Assembly: GCA_965200225.1 (NCBI GenBank) | Contig: CBDATM010000001.1 | Span: forward strand, 1,681,182 to 1,745,181 | Source: Gammaproteobacteria bacterium | GTDB taxonomy: Bacteria; Pseudomonadota; Gammaproteobacteria; Steroidobacterales; Foliamicaceae | Direction: 5' to 3' | DNA length: 64,000 bases | Part shown: piece after piece, positions 61,057 through 64,000 of the stretch | Numbering within the stretch: the stretch's first letter is position 1 | Layout: every line of letters starts with the position of its first letter | Notes under the pieces: generated by a model | What the model saw: only the letters and a program-made list of their open reading frames with translations | Database searches by the model: none | What the model was told of the DNA's origin: nothing | Translations under genes and position numbers: made by a program

Positions 61057-61128
61057 GGCAACCTCCTTATGTTGTCGCCTGTAATCTGGCAGCCGCAGGC
61101 TTGCTGCTGCCCAATGCCGCGCATTATA
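61057..61128 (-). promoter_or_regulatory. Conserved leader of DUF1640 paralog 3
   Basis: The hairpin is GGCAGCAGCA-AGCC-TGCGGCTGCC (arms 61088-61097 / 61102-61111, one mismatch). The TATAAT is at 61123-61128 and the RBS is AAGGAGG. Confidence 0.5.
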
Positions 61129-61214
61129 GCGGCCTCGCAAAATCCTGGCACTCTATAATTCAACGCAAGTTCCCACATATTTGAACGCAGGCTCCAACGG
61201 TTACGGTACCCAGT

Positions 61215-61961
61215 ATGAAATTCTTGCGGCTGATCCCACCAGCGCTATTGCTGCTGGCGCCCCTTGCGCTTTATTCCGACGAAGGTACGGATACGGAAGC
61301 TGATATTGTCAGGCTGAAGGAAAAATACGCCAATGCGGACGAAGTGCGGGTTACGCCGATTACGGGCCTTTACGAATTGCGTTTCGGATATCGGCTGGCC
61401 TACGTGGATGCCGAAGGCCGTTTCGGTTTCCTGGGGTCTGGCGACCTGGAGGACGTGGTAACCGGCGAGAACCTTTCCGAGCAGAGACGCGCCGCGGTGC
61501 GCCGCGAACTCATGGCAAGCCTGGACGAGTGGGACACGCTCGATTTCCTGCCGGATGAAACCACCCATCAACTTTTGGTGTTCACCGACGTGGATTGCGG
61601 ATACTGCCGCCGCCTGCATCAGCAGATGGCGGAATATCACCGCCTCGGCATTGGCGTGCGCTATGCGGCCTTCCCGCGTTCGGGTCCGGCCACGGACACC
61701 TGGACCGCCATGCAGTCGATCTGGTGCTCCGATAATCGCTCCGAGGCGTTGACCCGCGCGAAGACGGGTGGTTTCGTGCCGGAGCGCCAATGCGACTCGA
61801 TATCGGTGGAGCGCCACTACGAACTCGGTCGGCAGATCGGCCTCAGCGGGACTCCGGCGTTGCTTACCTCGGACGGGCGGCTTATTCCCGGTTATATCCC
61901 GCCAGCCCGTCTGGCGGCGATGCTCTCCGACAACGAAACCGGTAACGACCCTTCGGAATAG
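61215..61961 (+). CDS. dsbC: Thiol:disulfide interchange protein DsbC/DsbG family
   Basis: 248 aa with a signal peptide. The thioredoxin motif is VFTDVDCGYCRRLHQQM, followed by GTPALLTSDGRLIPGY. Confidence 0.85.
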   Translation: MKFLRLIPPALLLLAPLALYSDEGTDTEADIVRLKEKYANADEVRVTPITGLYELRFGYRLAYVDAEGRFGFLGSGDLEDVVTGENLSEQRRAAVRRELMASLDEWDTLDFLPDETTHQLLVFTDVDCGYCRRLHQQMAEYHRLGIGVRYAAFPRSGPATDTWTAMQSIWCSDNRSEALTRAKTGGFVPERQCDSISVERHYELGRQIGLSGTPALLTSDGRLIPGYIPPARLAAMLSDNETGNDPSE

Positions 61962-62114
61962 CTCGCGGGGTCGGTCCGGCGCGGCTCGGGGTCGGTCCGG
62001 CGCGGCTCAGGGATCCAGGTAGGCGCTCAGCGGCGAGCGGTGCGCTGACTGGCCAGCGCCCGCCATGCGGGGTTCAGCGTTCCCGGCAGGGGGTCAGCGT
62101 CCGGCAAGCGGGAC

Positions 62115-62438
62115 TCAGCGTTCCAGGTACTGGAGCTTGTCGGGGACTTTGCGCCAGTCGTCGGCGTCCGGCGGGGGTTCGCCGGCTTCGGTGATGACCG
62201 GCCATTGCTGCGAGAGTTCCGCGTTCAGCTCCAGAAAGTCTTCCTGGTCTGGCGGAATCTCGTCTTCGGAAACGATGGCGTCCACCGGGCATTCCGGCTC
62301 GCAAAGCGTGCAATCGATGCATTCTTCGGGATCGATCACAAGCATGTTCGGACCTTCGTGGAAGCAGTCCACCGGACAGACTTCCACACAGTCCATCAAC
62401 TTGCACTTGATGCAGCTTTCCAGAACCAGAAAAGTCAT
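62115..62438 (-). CDS. fdxA: 7Fe ferredoxin (Azotobacter FdxA type)
   Basis: [55 protein letters not shown]...KLQYLER. Confidence 0.9.
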   Translation of the reverse strand: MTFLVLESCIKCKLMDCVEVCPVDCFHEGPNMLVIDPEECIDCTLCEPECPVDAIVSEDEIPPDQEDFLELNAELSQQWPVITEAGEPPPDADDWRKVPDKLQYLER

Positions 62439-62511
62439 TGCCCTGAGTTTCCGCTTGGATTTTCCATCGTTTTCGCGCCCATTTTTTCCGCGCCCGGCCG
62501 GGTAATGATAA

Positions 62512-63060
62512 TCAATCCCGGGAGAGCGGGGGAACCGTGTCCATGCTCAACCGGTTGCTCTCGCCGTCGAGATAGCGGCGCAGTGCGATCACTCCGCTTC
62601 GAAAGGCGATGTCGTCGAAAGGGATTTCGTCCGGCGCGAACAAGCCTGTCTCCAGCGATTCCACGCCCGCGGCAAATTTTCCGTCAAGCAACTCGCCACG
62701 AAAGAAAAAATGCACTTGTCCGGCCCCCGGCAGGTCCACAATGGAGAACAACTCGCCCAGGCGCACTTCGGCGCAGGCTTCCTCGCGCGTTTCCCTCTGC
62801 GCCGCTTCCGCAAGCGTCTCGTTCAGTTCCATGAAACCGGCCGGCACGGTCCAGTAGCCCAAGCGCGGCTCGATCGCTCGCCGGCAAAGCAGAATGCGCC
62901 CTTCATGCTCGGCGACGCAACCCACTACGGGTATGGGATTGCGGTAATGCACGAAGTGGCAGACTGGGCAGACTTCCCGCTCGCGGTCCTCGCCGGGAGG
63001 GATGCGGCGCTGTACGGCAGCGCCGCACTGGCCGCAGAACTTGTGGGGGGGCGCAGGCAC
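62512..63060 (-). CDS. NUDIX hydrolase with N-terminal zinc-ribbon
   Basis: CGQCGAAV...[12 protein letters not shown] is followed by the Nudix box [28 protein letters not shown]. The start is uncertain (GTG 63060 has no good RBS). The 354-aa ORF in the track runs through the tRNA-Leu gene and is not credible. Confidence 0.65.
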   Translation of the reverse strand: MPAPPHKFCGQCGAAVQRRIPPGEDREREVCPVCHFVHYRNPIPVVGCVAEHEGRILLCRRAIEPRLGYWTVPAGFMELNETLAEAAQRETREEACAEVRLGELFSIVDLPGAGQVHFFFRGELLDGKFAAGVESLETGLFAPDEIPFDDIAFRSGVIALRRYLDGESNRLSMDTVPPLSRD

Positions 63061-63138
63061 GAGGAGGGTGCTGGGTAGAGTGGCTGGGTAGAGTCGCTGA
63101 AAAAGGGCAGGAGCCGTCAATGGAGCGTTCGGGGACGG

Positions 63139-63222
63139 TGCCGGGAGCGAGACTCGAACTCGCACGGGTTTCACCCCGCCGGATTTTGAGTCCGGTGCGT
63201 CTACCAATTCCGCCATCCCGGC
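63139..63222 (-). tRNA. tRNA-Leu (anticodon CAA)
   Basis: The reverse complement reads GCCGGGA-TG-GCGGAATTGGTAGACGC-A-CCGGA-CTCAAAA-TCCGG-(long variable arm CGGGGTGAAACCCGTG)-CGAGT... with T-arm GCGAG-TTCGAGT-CTCGC and acceptor 3' strand TCCCGGC-A. CCA is not encoded. Confidence 0.85.
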
Positions 63223-63281
63223 GCCGGATGGCAAGGATACACCACACCACGAGCCTGCTGAAGGAAACTGGAGCGCTCTTG

Positions 63282-63418
63282 GCAACCAGCGTCTGGCGCA
63301 ACAGGCTTCGGGCGCAACCAGCTTTCGGTGCAGCAAGCGTCTGGCGCACCAAGCTTCGGGTGCAACGAGTTCTGGCACAACAGGCGTCTGGCGCAACGGG
63401 CTTCTGGTGTAATGTGGC
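63282..63418. repeat. Degenerate 16-bp tandem array (about 8.5 units; alternating units give a 32-bp super-period)
   Basis: The units are GCAACCAGCGTCTGGC / GCAACAGGCTTCGGGC / GCAACCAGCTTTCGGT / GCAGCAAGCGTCTGGC / GCACCAAGCTTCGGGT / GCAACGAGTTCTGGCA / CAACAGGCGTCTGGC / GCAACGGGCTTCTGGT. Confidence 0.85.
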
Positions 63419-63460
63419 GCAATTCGCGTTGCCGGCATGCGACACACCACACCGCCGCGC

Positions 63461-63487
63461 AACCTTTGATGCAGTAGTCGCATCTGT
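63461..63487 (+). promoter_or_regulatory. Candidate ECF-type (sigmaE-like) promoter upstream of the ECF sigma gene
   Basis: AACCTT - 16 nt - TCTGT resembles the GGAACTT-N16-TCTGA class. However, it lies only ~7 nt before the ATG, which is awkward for a normal leader. Confidence 0.25.
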
Positions 63488-63493
63488 GAGGAT

Positions 63494-64000
63494 ATGTCGG
63501 GGTTTGCCAACAAGACCATTGATCCCGCGTTTGTTCGCAGCGCCCAGCGCGGCGATATGAAAGCGCATGAAATCATTTACCGGCAGTTTTCCGGTCCGGT
63601 CTACACCCTTGCTTTGCGGATGACCGGGTCGCCGGCGGTGGCCGAAGATATGCTCCAGGAGACTTTCGTGGAAGTGTTGCGAGGAATTGCCAAGTTTCGG
63701 GGCGAAGCGTCCCTGGCCACGTGGATACGGCGCATTGCCGTGTCCCGCTGCCTCATGCACCTGCGCGCCGCCTGGACCCGCCGACGCCTGCTTTTCTCCG
63801 AAATCGTGAAAGACGGCGGGACCTACGAAATCCCCGCCAACCAGGAGACGCCGGAACTGGCCGTGGACCTGGAGGCGGCGCTGGATACACTCAGCCCTAC
63901 GGCGCGCGCCGTTGTGTGGCTGCACGACGTGGAGGGCTATACCCACGCCGAAATCGCCGACATGATGGATCGGACCCGCAGTTTTTCCAAGTCTCAGTTG
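63494..64000 (+). CDS. ECF-family RNA polymerase sigma factor (3' end beyond the window)
   Basis: Not in the ORF track because there is no stop in the window. ATG 63494 gives MSGFANKTIDPAFVRSAQRGDMKAHEIIYRQFSGPVYTLALRMTGSPAVAEDMLQETFVEVLRGIAKFRGEASLATWIRRIAVSRCL...ARAVVWLHDVEGYTHAEIADMM. Confidence 0.85.
   Translation, partial: MSGFANKTIDPAFVRSAQRGDMKAHEIIYRQFSGPVYTLALRMTGSPAVAEDMLQETFVEVLRGIAKFRGEASLATWIRRIAVSRCLMHLRAAWTRRRLLFSEIVKDGGTYEIPANQETPELAVDLEAALDTLSPTARAVVWLHDVEGYTHAEIADMMDRTRSFSKSQL

Noticed and set aside
62512-63576. A 354-aa ORF covering the NUDIX gene, tRNA-Leu and the 16-bp array.
   Set aside because: It reads straight through a well-folded tRNA-Leu gene and a non-coding tandem array. 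Only the C-terminal ~180 residues (zinc ribbon plus Nudix box) look like protein.

Overview
High-GC proteobacterial chromosome segment. The conserved core genes are gyrA-serC-serA-aroA-cmk-rpsA-ihfB-lapA-lapB-comEA, mscS, tRNA-Asn, aspC, uvrB, dsbC, fdxA, a NUDIX gene, tRNA-Leu and an ECF sigma factor. Three accessory blocks interrupt this core. (1) 4.9-21.4 kb is a ribosomal natural-product (RiPP) locus of the nitrile-hydratase-leader (NHLP) / thiazole-oxazole (TOMM) type. It has the three-gene NHLM export/leader-cleavage set (HlyD-like protein, C39-peptidase ABC transporter, second ABC transporter), an unassigned 381-400 aa ORF, and a tandemly duplicated 4,668-bp cassette. Each cassette holds an NHLP precursor, a fused E1-like/YcaO cyclodehydratase and a SagB dehydrogenase. 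The two cassettes are almost identical except in the 6-7-residue core peptides and a 41-nt patch of the YcaO domain, and the junction between them carries rearrangement scars. This locus abuts a TonB-dependent receptor, a CDF exporter, znuCB, znuA and a second TonB-dependent receptor, so I propose (inference only) an azole-peptide metallophore system. (2) 30.5-32.5 kb holds a DUF222/HNH endonuclease gene that contains perfect palindromes. (3) 50.1-61.2 kb is a visibly AT-richer island of mostly decayed defence and toxin-antitoxin modules. These are an orphan Phd antitoxin, a type IIG restriction-modification stub, a TcmP pseudogene next to an intact Gp37/Gp68 gene, a KAP NTPase with an in-frame TGA, an orphan HigA, an ISNCY-type stub, a DUF433 gene with a frameshifted DUF5615 partner, and an AAA/DUF4143 ATPase. 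The island is punctuated by three paralogs and one fragment of a DUF1640-like tail-anchored coiled-coil gene. Each paralog has a conserved leader hairpin, and one carries a 33-bp repeat expansion. The left end of the window holds a sensor kinase / binding protein / RsbW-like / RR-PP2C partner-switching operon. Several short-period tandem arrays (12, 16, 21, 24 bp) and a 45-bp-arm inverted repeat lie in intergenic regions. No rRNA genes or CRISPR arrays were seen. All calls come from reading the sequence and ORF translations by eye; no searches were run.
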